Shown here: piece after piece, positions 1-13,915 of the stretch
Numbering within the stretch: position 1 is the first letter of the stretch
Layout of the letters: the number at the start of each line of letters is the position of its first letter
NCBI GenBank assembly: GCA_012295275.1
Contig: CM022667.1
Coordinates: 8,308,001 to 8,372,000 of the forward strand
Direction of reading: 5' to 3'
Length of the DNA: 64,000 nt
DNA from: Chrysomallon squamiferum
Lineage: Eukaryota > Animalia > Mollusca
Made by a program: the position numbers and the translations under genes
Notes under the pieces: model-generated
Told to the model about the DNA's origin: nothing
The model's input: only the letters and a program-made list of their open reading frames with translations
The model's database searches: none

Positions 1-2610
1 AGTGTAAGATCACTTTTAAGATATTCTAGTGTAAGATCACTTTTAAGATACACTAACGTAAGATCACTTTTAAGATACACTAGTGTAAGATCACTTTAAG
101 ATACTCTGTGGTAAGATCAACTTTTAAGATACACTAGTGTAAAATCAACTTTAACATACGCTAGTGTAAGATCAACTTTAAAATATACTAGTGTAAGATC
201 ACTTTTAAGATACACTGCTTTAAGATCACTTTTATGACAGATACACTAATGTAAGATCAACTTTTAAGATTCTCTTTTGTAAGATCAGCCTTTAAGATAC
301 ACTAGCGTAAGATCAAATTTAAAGATACACTAGTTTAAGATCAACTTTTAAGATATATTAATGTAAGATCAACTTTTAAGATATATTAATGTAAGATCAA
401 CTTTTAAGAGACATTAATGTAAACATACTTTTAATGTAAACTAGTGTAAAATCAACTTTAAGATACACTAGTGTAAGATCAACTTTTAAGATTCTCTTTT
501 GTAAGATCAGCCTTTAAGTTACACTAGTATAAGATCAACTTTTAAGATTCTGTTTTGTAAGATCAGCCTTTAAGATACACTAGTGTAAGATCAACTTTAA
601 GATACACTAGTGTAAGATCAACTTTAAGATATACTAGTGTAAGATCAACTTTTAAGATACACTGCTATAAGATCACTTTTAAGACAGATACACTAATGTA
701 AGATCAACTTTTAAGATTCTCTTTTTTTGTAAGATCAGCCTTTAAGATACACTAGTGTAAGATCAACTTTTAAGATTCTCTTTTTGTAAGATCAGCCTTT
801 AAGATACACTAGTGTAAGATCAACTTTAAGATACACTAGTGTAAGATCAACTTTAAGATATACTAGTGTAAGATCAACTTTTAAGATACACTGCTATAAG
901 ATCACTTTTAAGACAGATACACTAATGTAAGATCAACTTTTAAGATTCTCTTTTGTAAGATCAGCCTTTAAGATACACTAGTGTAAGATCAACTTTTAAG
1001 ATTCTCTTTTGTAAGATCAGCCTTTTAAGATACACTAGTGTAAGATCAACTTTTAAGATTCTCTTTTGTAAGATCAGCCTTTAAGATACACTAGTGTAAG
1101 ATCAACTTTATGATACACTAGTGTAAGATCAACTTTAAGATATACTAGTGTAAGATCAACTTTTAAGATACACTGCTATAAGATCACTTTTAAGACAGAT
1201 ACACTAATGTAAGATCAACTTTTAAGATTCTCTTTTGTAAGATCAGCCTTTAAGATACACTAGTGTAAGATCAACTTTTAAGATTCTCTTTTGTAAGATC
1301 AGCCTTTAAGATACACTAGTGTAAGATCAACTTTTAAGATTCTCTTTTGTAAGATCAGCCTTTAAGATACACTAGTGTAAGATCAACTTTATGATACACT
1401 AGTGTAAGATCAACTTTAAGATATACTAGTGTAAGATCAACTTTTAAGATACACTGCTATAAGATCACTTTTAAGACAGATACACTAATGTAAGATCAAC
1501 TTTTAAGATTCTCTTTTGTAAGATCAGCCTTTAAGATACACTAGTGTAAGATCAACTTTTAAGATTCTCTTTTGTAAGATCAGCCTTTAAGATACACTAG
1601 TGTAAGATCAACTTTTAAGATTCTCTTTTGTAAGATCAGCCTTTAAGATACACTAGTGTAAGATCAACTTTATGATACACTAGTGTAAGATCAACTTTAA
1701 GATATACTAGTGTAAGATCAACTTTTAAGATACACTGCTATAAGATCACTTTTAAGACAGATACACTAATGTAAGATCAACTTTTAAGATTCTCTTTTGT
1801 AAGATCAGCCTTTAAGATACACTAGTGTAAGATCAACTTTTAAGATTCTCTTTTGTAAGATCAGCCTTTAAGATACACTAGTGTAAGATCAACTTTATGA
1901 TACACTAGTGTAAGATCAACTTTAAGATATACTAGTGTAAGATCAACTTTAAGATATACTAGTGTAAGATCAACTTTTAAGATACACTGCTATAAGATCA
2001 ACTTTTAAGATTCTCTTTTGTAAGATCAGCCTTTAAGATACACTAGTGTAAGATCAACTTTTAAGATACACTAGAGTAAGATCAACTTTAAGATACTCTA
2101 CTGTAAGATCAACTTTTATGATACACTAGTGTAAGATCAACTTTAAGATATTGTACTGTAAGATCAACTTTAAGATACTCTACTGTAAGATCAACTTTTA
2201 TGATACACTAGTGTAAGATCAACTTTTATGATACACTAGTGTAAGATTAACTTTAAGATACTCTACTGTAAGATCAACTTTTATGATACACTAGTGTAAG
2301 ATCAACTTTTATGATACACTAGTGTAAGATCAACTTTTATGATACACTAGCGTAAGATCAACTTTAAGGTACACTAGCGTAAGATCAACTTTATGATACA
2401 CTAGTGTAAGATCAACTTTAAGATACACTAGCGTAAGATCAACTTTAAGGTACACTAGCGTAAGATCAACTTTATGATACACTAGTGTAAGATCAACTTT
2501 TAAGATACACTAATGTAAGATCAACTTTTATGATACACTAGCGTAAGATCACTTTTAAGATTCTCTTTTGTAAGATCAACTTTTAAGATACTCTAGTGTA
2601 AGATCACTTT
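1..2610. repeat. Tandem satellite, ~28-bp monomer AAGATACACTAGTGTAAGATCAACTTTT, with ~281-bp higher-order repeat; truncated by window start
   Basis: Monomer is directly visible and contains the 12-bp palindrome TACACTAGTGTA. The diagnostic variant CTGCTATAAG occurs at 662, 891, 1173, 1454, 1735 and 1987 (spacings 229, 282, 281, 281, 252). Confidence 0.97.
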
Positions 2611-2790
2611 TATAATCACTTTATGATATGTTAACATAATATAATGTTTGGATCACATATCTCAAACATATAAATAGTATAACTGTATCTTACGATACAA
2701 GTTGTAAACATTGTATATCTTATACATCCAAACAGACATCAGTCTGACCCAAAGAAAAACCACTGCAGTGTAACTTGGGTTAAACAGTTT

Positions 2791-3321
2791 TCATGTTTTT
2801 GAAGAGTAAAGCGTTGCCGATGGCACGCCCTCGTGTGTTTCGGAAGGGACATAACTCTTGTTCTTCATTCTGTCACTGTAACTTCGGTGCATGTAGTCAA
2901 TTTCGTCATGGTGACGATATTTCAACTCGTCAATCTCTCTCAGCAGGTGTTCATTTGTCTGTACGAGAGACCTGAAAACATTTGGGTACCTGTGTTAATT
3001 TCTGTGAGTTGTCTCTTGCTCACTTTGTACAAGTATCTGTGAGTTTTTTCATCACTTGAGTAATATCTCCGAGGTTTTGTCATTTAATGCATTGTCTGAA
3101 TGAAGTTCAGAAGAATCAGTAACAGAAAATTATTAAGTGTACACTCAAAACAAGTTCAAAAAGAATTTTAGCTTTCTAGATGTGCTGACATTTTTAACTA
3201 ACATGTATTGCAAAAAACAATCTATTCTCAGAATATAAAAATTTGAGTAAATTCACTGTGTTAAAACAGTCATAACATGCACATCCTCTCGCATACACAG
3301 ATACTTATGCACATACATACA

Positions 3322-3360
<39 letters not shown>

Positions 3361-4124
3361 TTACATATACATATATATTTAACAATGATGCTCAAATACA
3401 ACTCCTGGGTACAAACAGATACACAAACTGACATACACATGAACAGACATTTCAGATGTTTTAACTTACTTGTGACTTTCCTGTAACATTTGTTTTACAT
3501 CTTGTAACTGTGCAAACTGTTTGTGTCGCATTCGCAGATCTTCAATTTCATGTTGTAGAGCATTGTTCTGTCTTTGTAGTTCATCTAAAACAACAAGTAA
3601 ATAAAAAAAAAAATACAGATAAATAAATAAAAAAATAAATATAATTAAATAAATATAACTATATAAATAATATATAACTATAAATATAAATATAAACAAA
3701 TAATTAAATAAAATAATATTAATAATTACACCTCTGATACCAAAAAATTTTTTTTTTTTTTTTTTTTTTGGCCATCACAATCTGGCAAATATAAAAATGT
3801 CTTGCAAAATTAACTGAAGTTTTGAAAGTTTTAAAAGAAGTTATTTAAGGTATTTACCTAGCTGTGTTTGATTCACCATGGAAATGGAAGATGCTGCAGC
3901 ACCACTATGGTAACTTGTCATGGTTTCTTGACTGTCCAGTTTTTTCTGAAGACGTTTATTTTCTGCAATGTATTTTTCAAGTTGGTCTCGCAAAGTTTCC
4001 TGCAGTTAAACAAAGATTGTGTCCTGTTATTGTGCAGTGTACTTGTCAAAGTTTATTTAAAACTTTTTGTTATCATAAAGAATAACTCATAGTTACTATA
4101 TGTGTCCAAGTGTCTCTGTATGTG

Positions 4125-4204
<80 letters not shown>

Positions 4205-7200
4205 AGTGTGTGCATGTATGTGTGTGTGTGTGTGTGTTGTATGTGTGTGTGTGTTGTGTGTATATGAGTGTCTGATATGTATGTGTATGAATGTGTTTGT
4301 GTGTGTATGTATATGAGTGTGTATGTATTTATGTTGTATGTGTATGTATGTTTTCTGTGTATGTGTGTATATGAGTGTGTGTGTCTGTGTCTGTGTGTGT
4401 GAGTGTGTGTGTATATGAGTGTATATCTCTTTGTGTGTGTGTTGTGAGCATGGATTTGATTCCATAACGGCCAAAAAAAAAATAATATATGTATCTATAT
4501 AATTTAAATTAAATGTATTGAATCATACCACATCTTGAAAAGCATTCTGTAAAGAATTCTTCAGGTGTGTTTCATTAGCAGACGACCCATCAATGGTTGC
4601 CTGGTAACGAGAATCCCTGTCTCTCAGTTCCATGTTTTCTTCCTGCAGGTGGCGAATCTTCTCCTCCAGTCGTTTGATTTCTTGTGAGTTCTGACAGCTC
4701 ACTTCAAACTGCTCAACAATATTCAGAGCTAAAGCTGAAAATACATTTTAAAACTTTTCTGTTATGTTTTAAAAAAAAAAGAAAATGTGAAAAATATGAT
4801 AAAATTCTATTTATCTTAAGTCTGAGTGGCTACCTAATAATGTAAATATAATTCTGTTACTTTTTGCCAGTTCCACCTAGTCTGCTAGTAATTATGTTAA
4901 AAATAATTGTACATGCTGATATGTGGCTAGACTTAGCAACAATCAATGGTTCTATGATTAGTGCAATTTATTCTTCTCACTAATATCTCATTTATTTTCC
5001 AGTTTATGATAAAAAAAAATGTCTTGCTTGCAACTGATAATAAAAGGAGTGACGAGATATTATAGCATAAAAAGCAACAGTCTCATTAAACAAAAGAAAT
5101 GCAATTAAATTTTACAATAAAACCAATTCACAAAATTTACCCTTGAACTTTGAATGTTTGTGCAAAGACTTTGTTCCATTCCAGTATCTGTCGACAAGAT
5201 CAAGCAACTTGACCAGGAAGTCACGACCACGCGGATTTCGTTCCAGCCTTGTTTTGATTTCCTCAGCTTCCTGTGTGACTCTCGGGTCTGTTTGTGGATT
5301 TTTGGGAATACCCAGCTCTTTGAGAGTCTCCTCTATCTGTGAAAAAAACACACAACATTTCACTCATTTTTTAACAGAAATGTTTATCCCTTAGTGTCTT
5401 CCATGCTGATCAAATAATAAATTAGATAATTTTAAACAGATCAAAAGATAAAGTAAATAATCAGATTAAACGAGTTAGCCAAAAACTTACCTCGAGGTCT
5501 TGTTTCAACTGATTTTTATGATTATTATTGTTATTAGTTCGTCTGTTTGTGTGTTGTCTGTTTCTGTCATCTGAGTTCATCTGAGGTGGGGCAGGGTAGG
5601 ACTCACGAGTTGTGGGTACCTTATTTCCACCTGGATCTGACCCATTGTCTGAAATTTGTTACAGTAATTTATGTACACAAAATAATGATTATTATTATTA
5701 TTATTATTATTTTAATTAAATAATATATAGAAATCAAAATAAAAAAAGACAAAAGTAGACAATTATGACACTTTGATAGAACATTATGACTTTTACAAGT
5801 GACAGGCATTGTATTTAATTTGGTTTTGTGTTTTAAATTGTTGTTATATGATATTTTATATTTCTGTTGTACTGTAACATGGTATAACGCAGGGTAGTTA
5901 ACACTGGGAATGCTCAGACATGTAAGTATGAAAAGTTCAACAAGAACTGAGTGAACTGCAGCCTACCGGCGTCAGGATGTGGGGTGAAGAAGCCAACACT
6001 TTTGTACTTCGTGTACGCCATCAGCTCATCCTGGTACTGCAGGTTTGGATCAGGCCTTAAATTAAACATTTTAAAAAAATGATCAAACATCAGCTTCTTA
6101 TTAAACAATACTAAAAAATAAATTTAAAAAACATATAAAAATTATACTTTTCTTTTTAATTAAAGTTATAAGTCAAATATTTTCTCCACATTTGAATTTT
6201 TTAAAATTATAAACTAGTTAAAGAATAAATAACAGTTATGGAGAGAGAAGAAAACACAGAACAGTTACTCACTGTGTTTCTCTTGTTTTTTCATTTCTCT
6301 CAAACTGGGACACTGTCACTGCGGGAATGTTGGGATACTTCTTCCTGTATTCAGCCATTTTCTCATCTGCTTCATAATCATCTGGAGCCTCAGGTTTTAC
6401 TTTTGAAGTCTTCTGAAAAAAATAGTAATAATAAAATAAAATAAAATAAAATAAAATAAAATAAAACGAGGTCATTTTATGTGTGTGTTGTCATTCAATA
6501 TTTAGAAATTTAAAATGTTTTCAAGTGCTATTTATTTTTATTATTTAATCAATTTTATTTTCAAACTTTATGAAATATAAAAGAACACCCACAAAAAACA
6601 CAAAATAAACACAATAAAACACAAACATTAGTAATATTATTTATCATTAATTTTGAATAGAACAAACCTTATTTGACCCCTTACTTCATCATGACCTAGC
6701 AATGATTTTATTGTTAAAACTTCATTATTAGCAAAGGTTGCTAAATACAAGAAGTTGTTAGGCTCTTTATTTAATAATTTAAAGAGACTTACCTTTTCAC
6801 ACTCCTCCTGAATCCTTGTCAATTTATTATCATCAAGAGTTTTAAGATCTGGAGAAACAAACAAACACATAAAGCTAAAGTAATAAATTAAATTAATTTA
6901 CAATAATGGCATCAATAAGAGAGTTTTTCCATTAACTTTCCAATTCTACTTTTTAATAATCAATATATAGCCACGGTGAAATGTATCCTCATCAGTCCTG
7001 TGTTAATGAAATAATAACAGTTATGTAATAAGTTGTGTGCAATGAACAGGGGTTTGTTGCTTCACTTTTGGAGGTAAAGTGAAAACAAGTATCTAAATAC
7101 AGAACTGATATGATTAATCACAATATTAACAACATCAACAACGACAAAAACAAAAACAACAATAATAATGATGATAATAATCATGATAAAATAATAATAA

Positions 7201-7223
7201 TGATAATCATGATGATGATAATG

Positions 7224-7276
<53 letters not shown>

Positions 7277-7280
7277 CTTG

Positions 7281-7336
<56 letters not shown>

Positions 7337-7807
7337 CATGACAAGGATGATGACAACAACAACAACAACAGTAGGGTACATTATGAATGTAACAATGGAA
7401 TCCAAAAGCAAAAAGCCTAAAAAGAAACACTAAAAACTAACAAAACAACTATACATAACAAACACAGCTTGCACATATCCCAACACTGTTCAAGACAACA
7501 CAACACAACACACAGTATAATATAAAACTGATGTGACAGTTTTTTTGACTCACTCTCCAGTGTATAGTCCTCAGCCTTGGCTTCCCGGGCAGCTGAGCCA
7601 GTCAGTGGGCGTGGGTTTTTCAGGTCACCCCCAGTCTGAGCGATAAGGTCAAGTACAGCAACATCATCATCGTCCAGAGCTGTGAAAACAAAACATCAAC
7701 ACGACCTGTTAGCTTGAACACGACCAAAGAAGTGTGTGTGTTTATATCATGCAAATGGGTGGAATTTAATTAACAGAATTTTTTATTTTAATTATTATTA
7801 TTATTAT

Positions 7808-7840
<33 letters not shown>

Positions 7841-9533
7841 ATATTCTCATTATATAAATTTTAGTTATAACTTTATTTTTTGATTTAAAAAATACATATA
7901 GTGCATAAGGAAGTAAGAATTATTAATAATGAATCTTCCAAAATGAATTTATAATGTATACAGTAAGCTTCTAATATTAGGCTTCTTTCTGCTTAAGGAC
8001 AAGAAAATAAATTTTTATTAAAACAAAATGACATTAGTATCTCTATTATAGTTAATGTTATTGTTGTTGTCATTATTATTATTATTGTTACTACTACTAC
8101 TACTATTTCTATTACAATTACTACTACTACTCCTATCATATCTACCACTACAATTGATATTATTATTATTATTATTATTAATTTACCTGTGACACCTTTG
8201 GTCATTTTACTGACAAGTTCAGCTCGTGGATTTGGGGGTCTTTTTGGAGGTTCAGTGGAGCGTGGATGTTCTGTCATCTCTGAGGCTTGACCAGAACTGA
8301 AGTGAATCAGTGCTGCCTGTCTCTCTCTGTCTCTAACACTGCGGTCATCTACAGTAAAAAATATATAACACATATTTTATACACACATACATATATACAT
8401 ATTCATACATATTCATACATATATATATATATATACATACATACATATTCATACATATATGTAGTTACACCAGAAATACACTGACATACATCTACAGGGT
8501 ATCTTTATATACATATAGACGTATCTACATTAGAAACAGAAATATACACTCTCTAACTGTCTCCATTAAACAGTATATATATATATATTCACAGATCTTG
8601 AATAGTGTGTCATCTGCAGCATATCCTTATATACAGATATAATTTCAATACCAAGCTAATATATCATCAATACAACACATTGTCTTGCACTCAGAAGTTT
8701 TGCAACTGTGTATTAAAAAAAAATTTTGAGGAAGAAACCATTAACATCGTCAGTGACCTTTAAATGTTAACAGTAGATGGCTCCTTCCCAGTCTGAACTT
8801 AGCAACTCAAAGCAAATTAATGTGGTTTTGTTTTCTGATAAATTTTAACTCAGCCAAGGCAGACAACTCTGTCTTACCTAGTTTCTGCAGACTTGGCAGC
8901 ATGTGTATGAGATAGAGTCTGGAGTCTGGTTCACTTCTTGTTATTGGATTCAAGCGAAGGTCAAGCTCTTTCAGGTTGGGATTGTGACGAAGTCTCTTCA
9001 GTTCCTCCAAACTGTCAACATTGTTGTAATAACTCTCAAAGGTCAAGGTCATTTCAGATGTAAATATTTTAGTCAAGTAATTCTATTATTCAGTTTATAA
9101 TAATGAGTAAATTTATTATTATTTTTTATTTTTTATTTTTTTTATTTATTATTGATTTACACAAATCTCTTTTCCAGCCACCTCTTTAAGAAAATACATC
9201 AAGAATATTGAATAAATCGTGAAAGGTGTTAATATAATATCTAAAGTTTAATTAATTACTATACAGTGATTATAAAATATCAAATCATAATTGAAAACTG
9301 ACATAAACTTGGAAATATCAATAAAATGCTACTATCTTTTTTTTTTTTCCATTCACATCTCTCTCTTTCTAAATAAGTGATGATGGACAGAGACATGTCA
9401 GATAAAAATACTGAAGGATACAGATTCAAGGTTTCCAACATTTTCAGTGTCTCCAGGCCCTGCATAAATAGAAAATAATTTTAAAATAACAATAATAAAT
9501 TCATTTAAAATTAGGAAAATTAAACATCCCCAA

Positions 9534-9570
<37 letters not shown>

Positions 9571-10286
9571 ATTTTCAGTGAAGGAAGAGACCCCCACCTC
9601 CCCATCCCCACAAAATTTCCTTTCAGTAATCCATCAAGGTGACCAGATACAATATATTTACTTGTAGATTACTACCTCACTGTTGTGTAACAAACAATCT
9701 TTACTAAAAATAAAGTATGAAAATAAAGGAACAATGTTTTTAGGATACTGGACAAAGTGAATATTTACCATTTTATTATGCCATTATTTTCTAAAAAGAA
9801 ATATATATATGCTTGAAAAGGTAGTTTTATTTTACAACAAACTGTTAAACTATTTTTATTTGTAAATGCACACACATACACACACACACACACAAAGAAA
9901 GAAAAAGTCATACTTTGTTATTAGCAAAGTATAGAAAACTATTTTATTTCTATTTGTTTTCCATTTTAAGACTAATGTATAAAATGTAAACAAAAAATAA
10001 AATAAAATAAATATTTTAATTGTACTTATAAAACAAACCTGAAGACTAACAAGGCTGTTCCGAGATAAATCAAGATGTTTTAGTCTGGTGAATTTTCTTA
10101 AAGATGTTCCAAGGGAGACAACTTTCTCATGAAAGGTACCAGGCAGGGAAATAGACTTAACATCCTCTGATGATTCAACACAAATAAAAAAAGAAAGAAA
10201 TTTTATGTATTATGTATGTATGTAAGTGTGTCTCTGTGTGTGTGTGTGTGCGTGTGCGTGTGTGTGTGTATGTATGTAAATGTATG

Positions 10287-10375
<89 letters not shown>

Positions 10376-10835
10376 GTAATCTTGTTTCATCCTCATTTGC
10401 TAAACAAGAGTGCAAACTAATAACAATTTTAGTCAGATTTTATATATTAAATTTAAAATTTTACATTATCTTTTAAATGTACTATTTAATTTTCTGAAAT
10501 ATACTTCAGTAATTTAAAATACGATATCGTTGGCTCCGCCCATTTAGGGTTATTCCTTACTGCTGCAAGCACCTACCTGTCGTTAAGCATGTTTGACGTC
10601 ATGCCAAAAGACAACAGACATGTTACGGCTTGAAAACAAACCGCTTCATAAATGTAAAGGCCACTAAAATTCTTTAAAAACAACAAAAAGTATAAATATA
10701 AATTAGTGCTAATGCATCATTATATGTTTTACAATATGCAAAATATTTTCTTTAATATCATTTCCACTTACCCAAGTTATCATGAGTTAAATTAACTCTA
10801 TTCCGAAGCAATTCCTCTGTCATAGTTAGCGCCAT
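2791..10835 (-). CDS. CEP72: Centrosomal protein CEP72 (CEP72/LRRC36 family), N-terminal LRR plus C-terminal coiled coil, 15 coding exons
   Basis: Exons: 10835-10772, 10166-10039, 9459-9422, 9032-8878, 8348-8187, 7679-7554, 6848-6793, 6412-6273, 6055-5967, 5648-5491, 5336-5141, 4734-4529, 3999-3858, 3584-3470, 2971-2791; phases are consistent. Motifs SISLPGTFHEKV, LDLSRNSLVSL, LNLYYN, LDLRLNPITRSEPDSRLYLIHMLP, DDRSVRDRER, LLDLVDRYWNG and MLQESHKSLVQTNEHLLRE match CEP72 as I recall it. Confidence 0.92.
4110..4440. repeat. Degenerate (TG)n/(TA)n microsatellite
   Basis: Directly visible; representative of many intronic (CA)n tracts. Confidence 0.9.
7130..7370. repeat. (AAT)n/(AAC)n compound microsatellite
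   Basis: Directly visible; similar tracts at ~10335, 27385-27530, 27835, 28273-28445, 39650, 43925, 46095 and 49503-49590. Confidence 0.9.
9033..9421 (-). other. U12-type (minor spliceosome) GT-AG intron, CEP72 intron 3
   Basis: 5' site CT/GTATCCTTC. Branch-like CCTTGAC (9048-9042) has its A about 10 nt before the AG, and there is no polypyrimidine tract. Splicing restores NL-YYN in frame. Confidence 0.85.
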
Positions 10836-11272
10836 GGTTCGTCGGTTGAGATAATTTTCCACCACTAGAGAGGCGCCCCGCTGTTGATAACAGTTGGCGT
10901 TACAAAAGAATGAAAACTCCACAAAAGTCTACTGTTAAAATAGAGCATTATCTTTAGAAAGGAATTATTTTATTTTTGTGACTACTAATCTCAAAATATT
11001 AAATAAATGTGCTTTTAAAATAAAATAAAAATTCATAGTAAAATTCAGTTATTTCTGTTTTACATATTTACACTAATATTCGTACTAATATTAAACGTTT
11101 TCAAAATCTATCAAAAACTCAGTTCAGATATAAAAGGATTATTAATATCTTGCTGATAAAACTAGCTGGTCATCTTTTAATTCAATTTTTATGATTGTGT
11201 GTGTGTGTCCTCAGTTTAATGTATCATATTTCATGAAGTGCATGATTAATATATAGGTGGATAGATAAATAG

Positions 11273-11310
<38 letters not shown>

Positions 11311-11434
11311 GGACAACAACAATAATAATAAACAAACGTTTAGGAATACTTAATTTTAGGCAGAACCATTCGAAATACTACGGTTAAAATGCGAACCGGA
11401 AGTAACATGAGAGTAACCAAGAAAAACAACAAAA
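10836..11434. promoter_or_regulatory. Putative bidirectional promoter CEP72/TTC5
   Basis: Divergent ATGs are 600 bp apart. ETS motif CCGGAAGT at 11396-11403; CTCF-like CCACTAGAGAGGCGC at 10862-10876 (one extra base versus consensus); perfect CRE TGACGTCA nearby at 10594-10601. Confidence 0.6.
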
Positions 11435-13884
11435 ATGGGCGACAGTGGTGATGGAGAATCGCATTCGTCAACAGACTCGCCTGATTTGTACGACATGCCA
11501 CATGCAGCAGCAGCAGAAAAGGCACAGGTAATTAATAAATTATTAAATATTATCAGATATAACTCTACGGCCCGCAGCAAGTGAATAAAGTTAGCCAAAT
11601 TAGTATTATTACAATAATATTAACATAATATTAATAACAACATCAGTACTAATAGTAATAGTCATATTAATAGTACTAGTAGTAGTACTCTACTGCTAAT
11701 AGTAAAACTTATAATAAATATATCTCAGTCTATTCCCGTTAAGCAAACTATCGTTTGTCATTCTATAGTCAGTAATATTTAAATCGTATAAGCATCTTTA
11801 TATAATAAACTTAATGAGTAAAATATTTATAAATATACTATTATCAACATAACATTCTAATAAAAAAAAAATTATTTTATTTTTATTTTTCAGAGAGCAG
11901 TTGATACTCTTTATGAATTCAGAGATCACTATTTTTCCAAATTTGGTTTAGAAAAAGCAGACCAGAAAAATAAAGATGTCCAGAAAAAAATGGAAGAAGT
12001 CGTACAGCTTTTAGAGAATCTCAAAAGTGAGAGAACTTTGATATTGACTGTTAATAAATGTGTTTATAATTTCCTTGTATGGTTTTGTTTTCAAGACTAC
12101 TGGATACTAGCTTCAGTCCAGATGCTATTTAGCAGGTATAGGTAATAATAATGAAATAAACAACATTTCAAGTTACATAGAATAATTGCAGAATCTGATA
12201 CCTATAGATATTCAGTGATGTTAACACATACATAGATATATTTAGTTAATAAAATGGTTTTATGAATTCTTTTTGTATTGATATGTTTACCTAATTAATC
12301 TGTAGTCACAAACTGCAAAACTGGAACACAACTTTAACATTTAATGAATTCATAACTGTTATAATAATTATTTAATGTTTTGTTATTATATAAAATTCCA
12401 AACATAGGAAAAATAAATGTTTTTATATCAAAAAACATTTTTATTTATATAATATGCTCTACATGACTTCCATTATGTTGAAAACACATATGCATGTCTC
12501 CACTGCTGAAGAACACATTCAAGCACAGCTGCAATTATGCTTGTAATGGCGGATTTTTTGCAATTTTTTTTTTTAAATGAGTTATATAATTATTTTCAAA
12601 ATGATAAAAAAAATTCATTTCAGGTAAAATTGTAAACAAAGCACAGTTCTGTTTGCTGAAAGGAAAGACACTGAATGTGTTGCCTGACTACAACGAAACT
12701 GCTATGGAGGTGTTGTCAAAAGCTGTCAAATTTGATCCTAAACTGGTAGAAGCCTGGAATAACCTTGGAGAATGTTACTGGAAGAATGGAAATATTCCAT
12801 CAGCTAAAAACTGCTTCACTGGAGCTTTGAATTATGTAAGTAAAATTATAACACACACACACACACATACACACACACACACACACAAATTAAAGTAAGT
12901 CTTTATACATAATAACAAATTAAATCTAGAACTTTAAAAAAAACAAAATTGCCAAAGAGTTTGTTTTTGACATTTATCTAGGTATAGTTATATATATAGA
13001 TAAAAAAAGAAATGGTTTAAGGTCTTAAAAACTTTTTCCAGTATTTTTTGGTATTAGTTTAATTGTTTTTCTTTCTCATTAGCAAAATAACTAACTATTT
13101 CCAGCAAACTGCATAACTTTCTGTATACGTTTGTTTTTCTTCGTCTTGTTAGCAAAAGAACAAAGTGTCTTTGCGGAACTTGTCGATGGTTCTGCGACAG
13201 CTGAGTGGGCCACCGGCCGAGCGGGTTCGACTGATAGAGGAGAGTGTGGAAAAAGCGAAAGAAGCTGTTCAGATGGACATAAAAGATGGGGTTTCGTGGG
13301 GTGAGCCTTGTATTAAAGAAAAAATTAATTATATTGAATATGACGTCGCTGGTGACAAAAGTTTGAACTTTGTCATAATAATTAGCAGAAAATGTTTTTT
13401 GAATTGTGAATGAAAATAAGACACAGTTTAGATTTATATAATAGATATTATAGCAAGAGGTGAATTTATTAAAAAAAAATTATTATTATTATTTTATTTT
13501 TATTGGGAGGGCTAGCTAGTCTGTTAATTCCTGTATTGATATTTGTGATTAGTGAATTATGTATTATAAATGTTATTGATACAAATGTAATTTAAATTCT
13601 TTTCATGGTTTAATAAAATTAATTTATTTACCTTGTTTTTAATTTAACTTAATTTTATTGCATTTTATATTTTTAAAATTTTAATATCCACTTGTTATAA
13701 TATAACAATTTTGGTATTTGTTACTTTTCAGTGATTCTGGGGAATGCATACCTCTCTTTATATTTTGCCACTGGACAGAATCCAAAATTTCTGAAACAAG
13801 CCATGAGTGCATACTGCCAAGCAGTGAGTATATAACAAAACTTAATGTCACTGAGATTATTATTACTACTACTGTTATTCTTTT

Positions 13885-13915
<31 letters not shown>

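Noticed and set aside
1-2610. CRISPR-like alternation of a constant TAAGATCAACTTTTAAGAT with variable 9-mers
   Set aside because: The variable parts are only ~9 nt, related to each other and reused periodically. No cas genes are present and the context is eukaryotic, so this is a satellite.
7062-7433. Poly-Tyr, poly-Ile, poly-Asn and HT/CV-repeat ORFs here and at 4073, 10175, 27314, 28092, 29157, 34017, 39578, 43848, 53612, 58693
   Set aside because: Translations of intronic or intergenic microsatellites.
8621-8628. ATATCCTT, resembling an AT-AC U12 donor
   Set aside because: On the plus strand, antisense to CEP72, with no associated exon.
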